This document shows positions 47,351 through 57,830 of a stretch of 64,000 bases of DNA, one piece after another. The position numbers and the translations under genes are program-made. Location of the stretch: contig JAAOMT010000786.1 of the NCBI GenBank assembly GCA_016748015.1, positions 255,903-319,902 on the forward strand. Direction: 5' to 3'. This DNA is from Geosiphon pyriformis uo1 (Eukaryota > Fungi > Glomeromycota). Below the pieces are notes generated by a model. That model ran no database searches. It was not told the origin of the DNA and saw only the letters and a program-made list of their open reading frames with translations. Within the stretch, counting starts at the first letter, position 1, and the number at the start of each line of letters is the position of its first letter.

Positions 47351-50311
47351 ATGACTGCGTGCAGCGCACTGGACAAAGACCCAAGAAATCCCACCCACTA
47401 CTATTGTAACCGTTGTAACAAAGAAAAATACGGTTACCCAGAAAGACACGGAAAATGGGACGAGGAACCGTGCCTCGCTTGTGGAGAACCGTTACCAAGA
47501 GGGTGCGACTGGAACGACTTACCAGGCAGAGGAGGAACATGTAACGCAACTTGCCAATACACGATCCTTATCTGTGACTGGGTAAGAGGAGGAACGCCAT
47601 TCGAAGCAGCATTCAACAGAGCGTTAAAAAAACTACAGCACTACCCACACGACGAGGACAAGTTGTACAACACCGCACAAGCCAAAGTAAGAGGAGGAAC
47701 CGCCGAAGAAATACGACGTTGGAAAGAGTCAGCCGAAGTAGCCGACGAAGTCGCCAGCTACAACATGTTCGACCCAGTGGACGAATTCCAGGACTACTAC
47801 CAACAACTATGCCCCACTCGACAAGAGCAAGAACAATACCTCGCCCAAATCAACACTTACCTCTGCGAAAACTGTCTCATCCCGTGCCAAAGTCAGTGCT
47901 GTGAAGAGTGTCAAGACGAAAGGGACTTAGAAAAAAAAATGGAAATTGAGAATCAGCAGTCTCAAAATCAATCAATAAATCAACAAGACTCATCTGACGG
48001 TCCCAAGTCAGAAAAATTTGTAGCCTATACTGACCTAGAACAAGTGACCGACATCCGATACTTCGACAACAGGCACTTAGGAATAATACCTGAAAAAGCC
48101 CATCCAACTGACATCAGATTCGATCTACGTTATCCAGAAGACCAATCCACAACATTACCACCCAGGAGCATCACCAAAATCGACCTAAAAATAGCGGTTG
48201 AAATTCCGCCAGGAATAATGGTTCAAATGGCGTCACGATCAAGCCTCGCGAAAAAAAGAATAAGCGTTCAAGGAGGAGTAATTGACTCTGGATACACTGG
48301 AAATTTGATGGTTTTGCTACAGAACAATTCAGAAAAGCCTTATACCATTGAATCTAAAGAAAAGATTGCACAAGCAATTTTCCTACCATTGGTAAAAATT
48401 GGGAAATTCGTGCCAATAGAAAATCGTGAGGAATTGTCACAAACAATGAGAAGAACTTTTGGTTTCGGATCGACAGGAAAAGAAATTGAAGCGAATTTCG
48501 CTGAAACAATAGAGGAAAAAGGCAAAGTAATTAAAAATGAGCGGTCTATCATGCTCCTATCATATGGAAAATCAGAAATAAGAATAAAAAGGACAATTAA
48601 AGAAAAAGACCTAATATTTGAGCTCTACCCAGAAACTTGCCAACAGTTTCTCATAGGACTTACTAACTTTTTTATTCCAGCTGATAAAGCTCAATGGATA
48701 AAAATTCCTATCGCAAACACCACAGAAGAACCTGTCTACATTCCGGAAGATACCATCATTGGATACCTCGGAACGGAGCTAGAAAACGCGTCAACACCAC
48801 AAGAAATTCTAAATTTCCCAGAAATCGCCCTCTACTGTGAATTCACTTTAATAAATTGGCAACAACCAGTAGAATACTATCAATTTACGCCAGAAGAATT
48901 GGCCAAATTAAACATTAGAACAATGGATCCTAACCAACAGCGACAATTAAAAGCATTAATTTTAAAATACTCTGATATATTTTCAAGAAATGGCGAATTT
49001 GGAAGAACCAACTTGGTTCAACACCAAATCCCCACTGGAGACGCCAGACCTGAAAAACAATGCACTTACCGTGTCCCACCAATGGAGCATAATTTTATCA
49101 GAGAAGAAGTCCAAAGCATGTTGGAAAAAGGAATAATACAACCATCAATGAGTCCATGGTTCTCATCAGTTGTTTTAGTAAGGAAAAAGAACAGAAAAAT
49201 TAGATTTTGCGTCGACTATCACAAACTAAACAGCAAAACAACCAAAGACTCATACCCAATACCGTTAATTGACGAAATCTTCGACGTTTTTGGAGGAGCA
49301 AAATGGTTTTCTACACTGGACTTGACTAGTGGGTACTGGCAAGTGGAAATGGACCCAAAGGACAGGCATAAAACAGCATTCACAACACAAAATGGCAATT
49401 ATGAGTTCAATGTAATGCCATTTGGATTAATAAACGCTCCCACGACATTCCAAAGACTAATGGACGTAATTTACTCCGGAATCCTGTGGCAATCCGTTGT
49501 TGTCTACTTGGATGATACAAATGTTTTCTTGTCAAAATTCACAGATCATCTCCAACATTTACAACAAGTTTTTGAGAGATTGAGACATGTTGGACTTAAA
49601 CTAAATCTAAAAAAATGTTTCTTTGGGAAAAATGAGCTAGCATTTTTAGGACACGTAGTTGGAAAAGATGGAATAAAACCAGATCCATCAAAAATAGACA
49701 AAGTGAAAAATTTTCCAGTACCTCGAAACGTCTCAGAAGTTAGAAGCTTTTTAGGACTCACATCTTACTACTGCCACTTTGTAGAAAACTTTTCAAACAT
49801 CGCCAAACCCCTTAATTACCTACTATCTAAAAATGTGAAGTTTGAATGGACTGAAGCACAACAAAAAGCTTTTGAGTACCTTAGACAAAAGCTCATTGAA
49901 TCACCAATAATGATCTATCCAAATTTCAACAAGAAATTCATTTTGGCCACAGATGCCTCTGGAACTGGACTTGGAGCCATTCTGTCACAAAAAGATGATA
50001 ATGGAAGAAAACGTGTAATCGCTTATGCCAGCAGAAGTCTCAGTACGGCAGAACAAAACTATGCAGCACATGAACTTGAATGCTTAGCAGTAGTCTGGAG
50101 TTGTGTTCACTTTGACACATATTTACGGTACCAATCCTTTGAGATTATGACAGATCATAGAGGTCTGGTCTGGTTAAATAACAAGAAAGCGCTAAAAGGA
50201 AAATACGCCAGATGGTCACAAACGTTAGCACCATACGATTATATTATCAAATACAAAGAAGGTACCAAAAATGCTAATGCCGACTGTTTGTCAAGAATGA
50301 GACACAAATAA
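47351..50311 (+). CDS. C pol segment: Cys-rich domain, dUTPase (~48080-48480), RT (YLDD), RNase H
   Basis: 986-aa open frame with ASRSSLA, GGVIDSGYTG, KIAQAI, FGFGSTG, FCVDY, MPFGL, YLDD, TDASGTGLG, NADCLSR. Confidence 0.93.
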   Translation: MTACSALDKDPRNPTHYYCNRCNKEKYGYPERHGKWDEEPCLACGEPLPRGCDWNDLPGRGGTCNATCQYTILICDWVRGGTPFEAAFNRALKKLQHYPHDEDKLYNTAQAKVRGGTAEEIRRWKESAEVADEVASYNMFDPVDEFQDYYQQLCPTRQEQEQYLAQINTYLCENCLIPCQSQCCEECQDERDLEKKMEIENQQSQNQSINQQDSSDGPKSEKFVAYTDLEQVTDIRYFDNRHLGIIPEKAHPTDIRFDLRYPEDQSTTLPPRSITKIDLKIAVEIPPGIMVQMASRSSLAKKRISVQGGVIDSGYTGNLMVLLQNNSEKPYTIESKEKIAQAIFLPLVKIGKFVPIENREELSQTMRRTFGFGSTGKEIEANFAETIEEKGKVIKNERSIMLLSYGKSEIRIKRTIKEKDLIFELYPETCQQFLIGLTNFFIPADKAQWIKIPIANTTEEPVYIPEDTIIGYLGTELENASTPQEILNFPEIALYCEFTLINWQQPVEYYQFTPEELAKLNIRTMDPNQQRQLKALILKYSDIFSRNGEFGRTNLVQHQIPTGDARPEKQCTYRVPPMEHNFIREEVQSMLEKGIIQPSMSPWFSSVVLVRKKNRKIRFCVDYHKLNSKTTKDSYPIPLIDEIFDVFGGAKWFSTLDLTSGYWQVEMDPKDRHKTAFTTQNGNYEFNVMPFGLINAPTTFQRLMDVIYSGILWQSVVVYLDDTNVFLSKFTDHLQHLQQVFERLRHVGLKLNLKKCFFGKNELAFLGHVVGKDGIKPDPSKIDKVKNFPVPRNVSEVRSFLGLTSYYCHFVENFSNIAKPLNYLLSKNVKFEWTEAQQKAFEYLRQKLIESPIMIYPNFNKKFILATDASGTGLGAILSQKDDNGRKRVIAYASRSLSTAEQNYAAHELECLAVVWSCVHFDTYLRYQSFEIMTDHRGLVWLNNKKALKGKYARWSQTLAPYDYIIKYKEGTKNANADCLSRMRHK

Positions 50312-50340
50312 AAATCACCAACCCACCCGCCACAACAACA

Positions 50341-50789
50341 ATGAACAACCACTTTTACAAAAACCTCAGCCAATACTTGGAAACACTACAAATAGATGAA
50401 GAAATGCCAGTAAAAGAGCTAATTAAGCTCCAAAATTAGCAAAACACTATTTCATCCAAAATCACATACTTTATTACCAGAATCGACAAAATCCAGATAA
50501 TCCATTAAGAGTTATAACCACGGATGAAAAAGAAACTATCTTATTTAACATGCACTCAAATATTCATTCAGGCCACTTTGGAAAAACAGCAACCATCCAA
50601 CGTGCAACTAGCCATTACTATTGGCCAAAAATGAGCTCAGACATAATCCAATACATAAGAAATTGTGACTCATGCCAACGAAGAGGAGGAGCAAAAACAA
50701 TGGAATTATTAAGACCAATAAAAGTTGGACAGCCATTTGACAGAATCGGAATTGATTTAGTTGGACCCTTACCAACAACAACAAATTAA
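50341..50789 (+). pseudogene. C integrase N-terminus; catalytic core deleted
   Basis: HSNIHSGH...CDSCQR...IGIDLVGPLPTTTN, then a jump to the ORF3 tail. Confidence 0.88.
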
Positions 50790-52878
50790 TAACACAGTAT
50801 TGAACCACTATAGTAACTTAGAATTTAATGAAGAAATTAACTTCGATTTCGATGGAGCTCAATCTTGAAAGGAGGGGATAATGTTACAGTTTAAGAATTT
50901 AGAAAAAAGAATCATAAAAATAATACAAACTATTCAATCATAATATAGCACAGTAATAATCTTAGAAAGGTAATGATTAACATAGTAGCAAACACCATCT
51001 CGCGATAGTGGCAAGCACCAGTTCACAATAGCAGCCAACACCAACTGGTGATAGCAGCAAACACCANNNNNNNNNNNNNNNNNNNNNNNNNNNNNNNNNN
51101 NNNNNNNNNNNNNNNNNNNNNNNNNNNNNNNNNNNNNNNNNNNNNNNNNNNNNNNNNNNNNNNNNNNNNNNNNNNNNNNNNNNNNNNNNNNNNNNNNNNN
51201 NNNNNNNNNNNNNNNNNNAATAGATCCAATTTTATCCAACAAACTCCACTTTAAATCATACTTTCAAATTAAATATTCCAAGAAACTTTTAAAATCAAAA
51301 AGAAATGAAAAAAATATTTAAAACTGAACTATCACAACCCAAAGTATTAAGAAACTTACTTGTATTATTTATTGAATGAAACTATCATTCATCAACTGAA
51401 TCCCTTGGAAGAATAATCCTTGATCAAGATTATTCATGTTGTTACTAATTGATAAAAGCTTTATTGTGAGAATTAGAAAAGCGCTAAAGACCATTAACAT
51501 TCTGTGTTTCTAGATTAGAGAAACACATCAAGCAATTGCAAGGATAGCCTCAGAGAAGACCCCAGACAGTGGGTAGATTTCAGTTCAGCCTCTGAGAAGG
51601 AGTACATAAACACACACAACAATCAAGAATTAAAGAATAACTTACATCGCAACAGTAAAAAAAAAGCCTTCAGTGTAACAGTGACATTATCACACAAATA
51701 GAACTGAGGAACTCACGAAAGACTGATTGTAATTAAAGCGGGATATCAGCAATTAAATATAACAAGAAAACCATCCCATAACACTATGTGCAAGCGTTTA
51801 TATAATAGGTGTTACCCCAGTGTGGTTTGTCTGTTTTGTGGTGATGTTGAGATCTCGGATCATGTTTTTTCGTGTCCTCAGGATGCTGTTGGCCGTGCTC
51901 ATTTATTGGGCACACATGCTTCAACTTGGAAGGCTCTTTCTGGCCTTTCTTGCTCTTCTTCATGTGTCTTACAGGCCTTAGCTTCTTGTGTTTCTGAGGT
52001 TGGAGTTGGTGTTGTTCTGTGTAAGAGTTTTGTTTTCGATGAATGGTTTTGTGAGTCTGTCTTGGTCTTTAAGGATTCTAGGGAGGGTGCTAAGAGGATT
52101 GTGAGCTTTGTGCGTGAGTTTTGTCTAGCATTTCGGGATGATGTTTGGTTGGTCTGGACCAGACACTGAGTGTTTATGGAGAAGCATGGTTTGATTCCAC
52201 GTAATGGCTCTGCTCCTGCTTCGGTTTCTGGTTTGCCTAAAGTGTTTTCGGCTGGTGTGGTCAGATTGCTGGGGGTGGCTGAGGCTTTTGGTGTTGGTTT
52301 CGGGTTTCGTAAGTTTTGTCCATTTTTTTTAGATATTGGAGATTTGGTTTTTGTGCATATAAGTGTATAGTGTAGTCCTGACTGGCCCGAGTGGCTGGTC
52401 ACGTGTAGAAAGCACATGATTCGCACCTAGTTTAGATCATTTGTATGATGTATAGCACTAGGTTGTGTTTGGATCTCACTCGTTAAAATAAATAAAAAAA
52501 ATATATATATATATAAATTTAAATTATAAAATTTTTCAATTTTTTTTATATAAAAAACATAATTTTATTAATTTAATGATTTTTAATACTTTTTTATGCA
52601 ATAACAGATTTATTTTAATATTTTTTATTTTTTTAATAAATTATTTAATTTTTTATGAATTTATGTATATGTTTATTTAAGTTAATTTTAAATAAATACA
52701 TTTAAATATTAGATTTTTTGTTAATATAATTTAAAAAAAAACTATTATAGATAAATAATTTTTTATTTGGTTTTAATTATTTTGTAATCTATTATTAATT
52801 ATAAAACTTAATTTAATTTTATGTTTAAGAGAATTTATAAAAAATAAAATAATTTAATTAAAATATAAAACAAAATTG

Positions 52879-55800
52879 TTTTTTTTTATTAATGTTTTAT
52901 GAGTATAACCCAATTATTATCTAGTATACAGAGTCAAAACTATGAATTCCAGCTAGATGTAATTCACATATTTACCACATGTGACCAGTTACTCAAACTA
53001 ATCAAAGCAATACTAAGCCCTTATATAAACAGTAGTTTCATCACCTAAACCAGAAAAAAACAAGCAAGATTTGCAGAAACTAAAACCAATCCCAAATAAA
53101 TTATCAATACTAATCAATCTAGTTATACCATCTGATAGAACTGGCAATGAGCCAACAGACAACACTGACATCACTTCTGAATCACTAACTAAATTATTTC
53201 TCTCTATATTCACCCTAAACCTAGACCTAAAAACCCACAACTCAGAATGATGTAGAACACCCAAACTGTACACAAAATCAACCAAAATCCAAGTAGTCTT
53301 TTTATAATCATTAAAAATCTGCACTGTTTTTTCAAACTACTCTGCAAGCACAAAGTCTTTGCAGAGAAGAGCATACAGACCTACATCAGATAAACACAAG
53401 AGAAGAGATTCCACAACCACAGAAAAGATAGAAAGACAAGAACCAGTTAGAGACTTCCAACAAAAAATACGCTCAAACAAAATCATCTTGTAAAAGCCAG
53501 ACTCTTTACAACACATAAACACATGATCAGAAAACTCAACCTCACCACAATGTAAACATAAAACACCAGGATAATGTCTGTTATAAAGTCTCTTCCTGAC
53601 AGCAACAGACAACCTCTTATAAACAGTCTTTATAAAATAAGTATGCAAGCCAGCAAAAGCTTTGCTCATAGAACCTGACAGCATGTGCAAATCAGGATGC
53701 CAAACAGCCATAGTATGAATCTAATCAACATTACAAACTGAAAAACCACCTAAAACTCTAGAACCAGGATTAATTTTTCAATATACTTGATTTACCAATC
53801 TAAAAACGTCTCAAACAAAATAATAAATATTACCAGAAACTGGCAGACTATTAGCCACAATAAAGTGCTCACACACATTAGTTGACAATAACAAAAAAGA
53901 GTAAGCAACTCTCTCTGCTAAAACATCTGTACAAATATTACCTGGAACTTTTGAGTGGCCTTTGACTTTTAACCAGACTATAGAAATGTTCTTATTAGTA
54001 ATTAAATTTGCAATATGTCTCCTTTCTATCCAACAACAATTGTAAAAATCAGAACCAGGTAATCTCAATTCCAAGACACATATATCCAAAGCAGCCTAAC
54101 TGTTTAAACACACCATTACTGAACAAAAAGAAAACATGTATTTCAAAGCCAAAGCAACAGTCTGTAATTCAATTATTGTAAAAGACAAATGTCCAACAAC
54201 CTGAACCCCAATGTCCATATTAATCTTAGAAAAAAATGCAGCAGCATTTTCAGTTATATTAACAGAACTAAGTCTTTTTAAAAAACCATTTGTATATACA
54301 GTAAAAGTATTTGACCAGATTTCAAGTAAGCTACTTTTAATATTAAAAAACTGATCAGATAACAATATATTATCAACATTCAACATAGAATTTCTGTTAA
54401 GAAATACAGGCATAAGTACAGTATTATGCAAAAATTTTGACACCAAAACAAACCAAAAGGGCACAGGATCTTTAGAATCTAATATCTTTTAACATTAGAA
54501 TGTCTTCCAATCCAGAACCTTGCCATGTTTGTTTAAAAGTCTGTCACAGAAAGCTATACCAAATCTTTTTAAGGAACTAACACAATCATAATACAATGAT
54601 GGTCCCAAGACTTTCAAAACAGGAAACCTGCTAGAACAACAAAAAGCACAAGGCAGATTGTTGGTCATAGAGATACCATTGTCTAAAAAAACATGCACAA
54701 TCTCAGCCAAAAAATTGTTTGAAGAACTAACATGTAACTACACAAAATATTGCAAAAAATTCAGAAAAGCTCAGCCCAAAATCTGCAAATCTAGAAATTT
54801 GTGCTCAAAAAGCTGACTAAAAATTCCAGAAGCATTAACAAAACCAACAATTGACACCAACTTCCCCTTAGCCTGAATCTGTTCAAATGTTTTCAGACTA
54901 TACAACACCAGATAATACAGTATTTTGCATAAAAAATCATGTAGCAGCCCAACTTTTAACTTAAAACCTTTTCTAACCAAAGCATCTCAATGCTAGTAAA
55001 CAGCAGAAAAGATAAAATTAAACTGGGTGCAATAGCCAACAATAGGTTGCAGAATCACCAAGACCAAATACAAAAACTGCTTATATAAAATTGTTTTTCT
55101 TAATACCATATTGGAAAAAAATTTAACATCAGATTGAGTCTTAGCCAAACTGGATTTGGACAAACTATCTGTAGACAAAAAGATATCTAAGTACCTATGA
55201 GGTACATCACACTTGGCAATCAAAATAGGGGACTTATTAATCTTAAGAATGACATTTTTTACTCTTTTATTAATAAAAATAACAACTATTTTGTTATTGT
55301 TAATTGAAATATCATTAATCAAGAAAAATTTACTGGCAATATTCAATATAAACTGAGTGGCAGATTGGCTATTTCCAATCTAGATAGTATTATCCACAAA
55401 AGTCCCAGCTGTGAAAAAAGAGGTCATCTCATTCATATTATCAATCCTCCCTATCTTGGCCACAAACTTGGTATTAATCTGATAACTATATACACACTCT
55501 TGTCTTTTGACTTCACACAAAAAGGGATCATAAAAAATATGCCAAAGAAAAGAAGAGAACACTTCACCCTGATCAAGACTATCAAAAACTTAATACTTAT
55601 CTAAAAGACCAAAATCTGTTATAACTCTGTTCAAATTATCCTCATGAATTTCACCAAAAAACTCAATGAATCTCTCACATATTTTGATATGCTGCAAATT
55701 AACTCTCAAGTAATGCCAACTAACTGAATTATATATCTTACACATATTCTGTAAAACCAACCAAACCTCTTTGCTTTTTTCCAAAGTATCTTTGACCACT

Positions 55801-57830
55801 AAACTAACTGCAAATATAAGAAATTGCATTGAAGTACCCTTTAAGACTGAAAAATTATCCCCATGGAAAATGCTGAACTTACTGTAAACAAAAGAGATCT
55901 AATCCAAAAAAATTTTAGAAAGAACTTTACAAGCAGTTTCAACTAGTGCAATAGGACAAATATTTGTCAAGACATTATCCTATTCATAAGATTTGAGTAT
56001 TATAAAAACTCATGCTCTTTTCCACAAAAGTAGAACAGCTTCCAACCTTAAACACAAATTCAAAAGGTCCAAAAAATCCTTGAGAATATTATCACTGTAA
56101 TGTTTTTACAATTTATTAGGAATACTACTGAGACCAGCAGCTTTTTCATTTGATAAATATTTGACAATTTGACTCAACTCACTAAAACTAATAACATCCA
56201 TAATACAAAAAAAGGCACTGTTATTTACATAATGCAAAAGAGCATATTGGCAGGCCCAAAGATCAAGCAAAAACCCAGAGACTGAATGCTTCTTGGTTCT
56301 TTTTTCCATTATAACATCTACTTTGGATTTAATTTCATCAGGGTCTAACACCAACTTGTCATCAACAATCAAATAGTTAAAGACCACTTTACAAAATGGT
56401 TTATCTAAAATACTCTTGATCATATGGCCTTTATCTAAGCAAAAATTCTCTATCCTTTTATTAATAGCATATCTAATAGCAGCAGATTGAGTAGCCTTAG
56501 ATTCATGTATTTTGGAACAATGGTAACTTTTTTTAATTCTAAACAAACAGCTAAAAGTGTTCACTCTGTTGGTGCCATTATTTAACATGTTCCAAACTTC
56601 AAGAGCTCTAATTTTATCAGCAATTAACCAAACATTAAACAGTAAGACAGTTCTAAAAAAGTTACCAGATTGAAGAGACTTAACCACTTTGGCAACCAGC
56701 AGTTTCAGTTTAAAAAACTTAGAAGAATGTTTATTGAAAGAACAATTGACATCATGAAATTAATATTTAGAGAAAACCTCATCAGTCAAATCTACCATCA
56801 CTCTCTTTAGCAAATTCTACATATTCTTAAGATCTCTACCAGTATTTGTAGATGAAAACTTACCAAATATAGAAAAAAACTTAACAGAAATACACTCTTT
56901 AAAACAAGCTTATTTGGGGGCATTTACACCAGCAATTTTAAACTTCCAATAATCTCTATTAGCTTGTTTGTATAAACCATTTAAATGAAAATCCAAAAAT
57001 CCATCCAGACCAACTGATATCATAACAGCCTTGTAATCAGTATTAAAGAAGTCAGAAGCAGAGGCAACCTCATAATCAGCAATTGCTGACAATAAACACT
57101 TACTGACAAAAATGTAGTCAATAACTTTTTTGACCCTTCTCGAATTGCTTTATGTAAAAGCTTTGGCCAAATAATGATTCTCAAGTATATTGATCAAATC
57201 CAAATTCAAACAGAATCGAAAGCTCGCATTTTTCTTAGAATTATTCTCATTAAAATTCTCATCCAAAACCACAAAAATACTAGCATTAATTGCTCTTGCA
57301 ATAAAAGAATTAACTTTAATCACCTGGCCAAACCTAGTTTTAGTAGAGACATCAGCATACAAGTCTAAAACTGTGACTAAAAGCTTGTCTCTAAAAAGAA
57401 ACCACACAGAAATAACATGACCAGACATCTCCTCAATCTTAAAAACATGTTGAACCAAAGAATTGTTCATGATAATTGCCATTTTAGCACCAAGAAAATC
57501 TTTATCCAAACCAAATATAAACACCCACATACTATTAAATTTGTTCATAATTTAAGACTTAATACTAAATCTTAATTTCATTTCTGTAATTATAGAAATT
57601 ATATTACCAGATTTCATGTGCCAATATACAATATTTTCTTGCTTAGTTGATATATTAATGCTATAAACATTGTACATAGCAACTTTTTATATCAAACTAT
57701 TTATTAGGAAAGTAAAGGTACTTGGGAACTTAATCCAACATACAACTGATCTAACTTCACTAATATTGAACCAACAGAAACATTGAGAGCCACAAGCTTA
57801 GATTCTAAAAAGTCCACTTTGGTAGTTAAC
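52879..57830 (-). mobile_element. LINE copy 4, 5'-truncated or eroded at the end of ORF1, heavily decayed
   Basis: Poly-T and reverse 3' UTR at 52879-53012. Minus-strand Zn, RNase H, RT (FVDN) and APE fragments. ORF1 tail LTTKVDFLESKLVAL. Confidence 0.92.

Larger units (their letters stand above)
43855..51783 (+). mobile_element. Gypsy element C (young): LTR-gag-PR-Cys-rich-dUTPase-RT-RH, truncated INT, ORF3 tip, PPT, LTR
   Basis: LTRs at 43855-~44719 and 50882-51783. TSD CTGT/CTAT. PPT GAAAGGAGGGGATAA at 50867-50881. The PBS falls in the N gap. Confidence 0.96.
37823..52500 (+). mobile_element. LINE copy 3 (best preserved), interrupted by gypsy element C
   Basis: ORF1 ~37968-39752 (CAKCEKLGHTLLDC). 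ORF2 from ATG 39749 includes 603-aa and 415-aa open pieces, resumes at 51788 (CLFCGDVEISDHVFSC) and stops at 52370. 3' UTR and A-tail follow. Confidence 0.96.

Noticed and set aside
51899-52426. Antisense ORFs over LINE and gypsy coding regions (also 42557-43018, 32236-32631, 41221-41598)
   Set aside because: Shadow frames caused by strand-composition bias; not conserved between copies.
52371-52490. Three-stem 3' UTR as a hammerhead or HDV ribozyme
   Set aside because: No CUGAUGA/GAAA/NUH core at the junctions and no clear HDV topology; kept only as a structured element.
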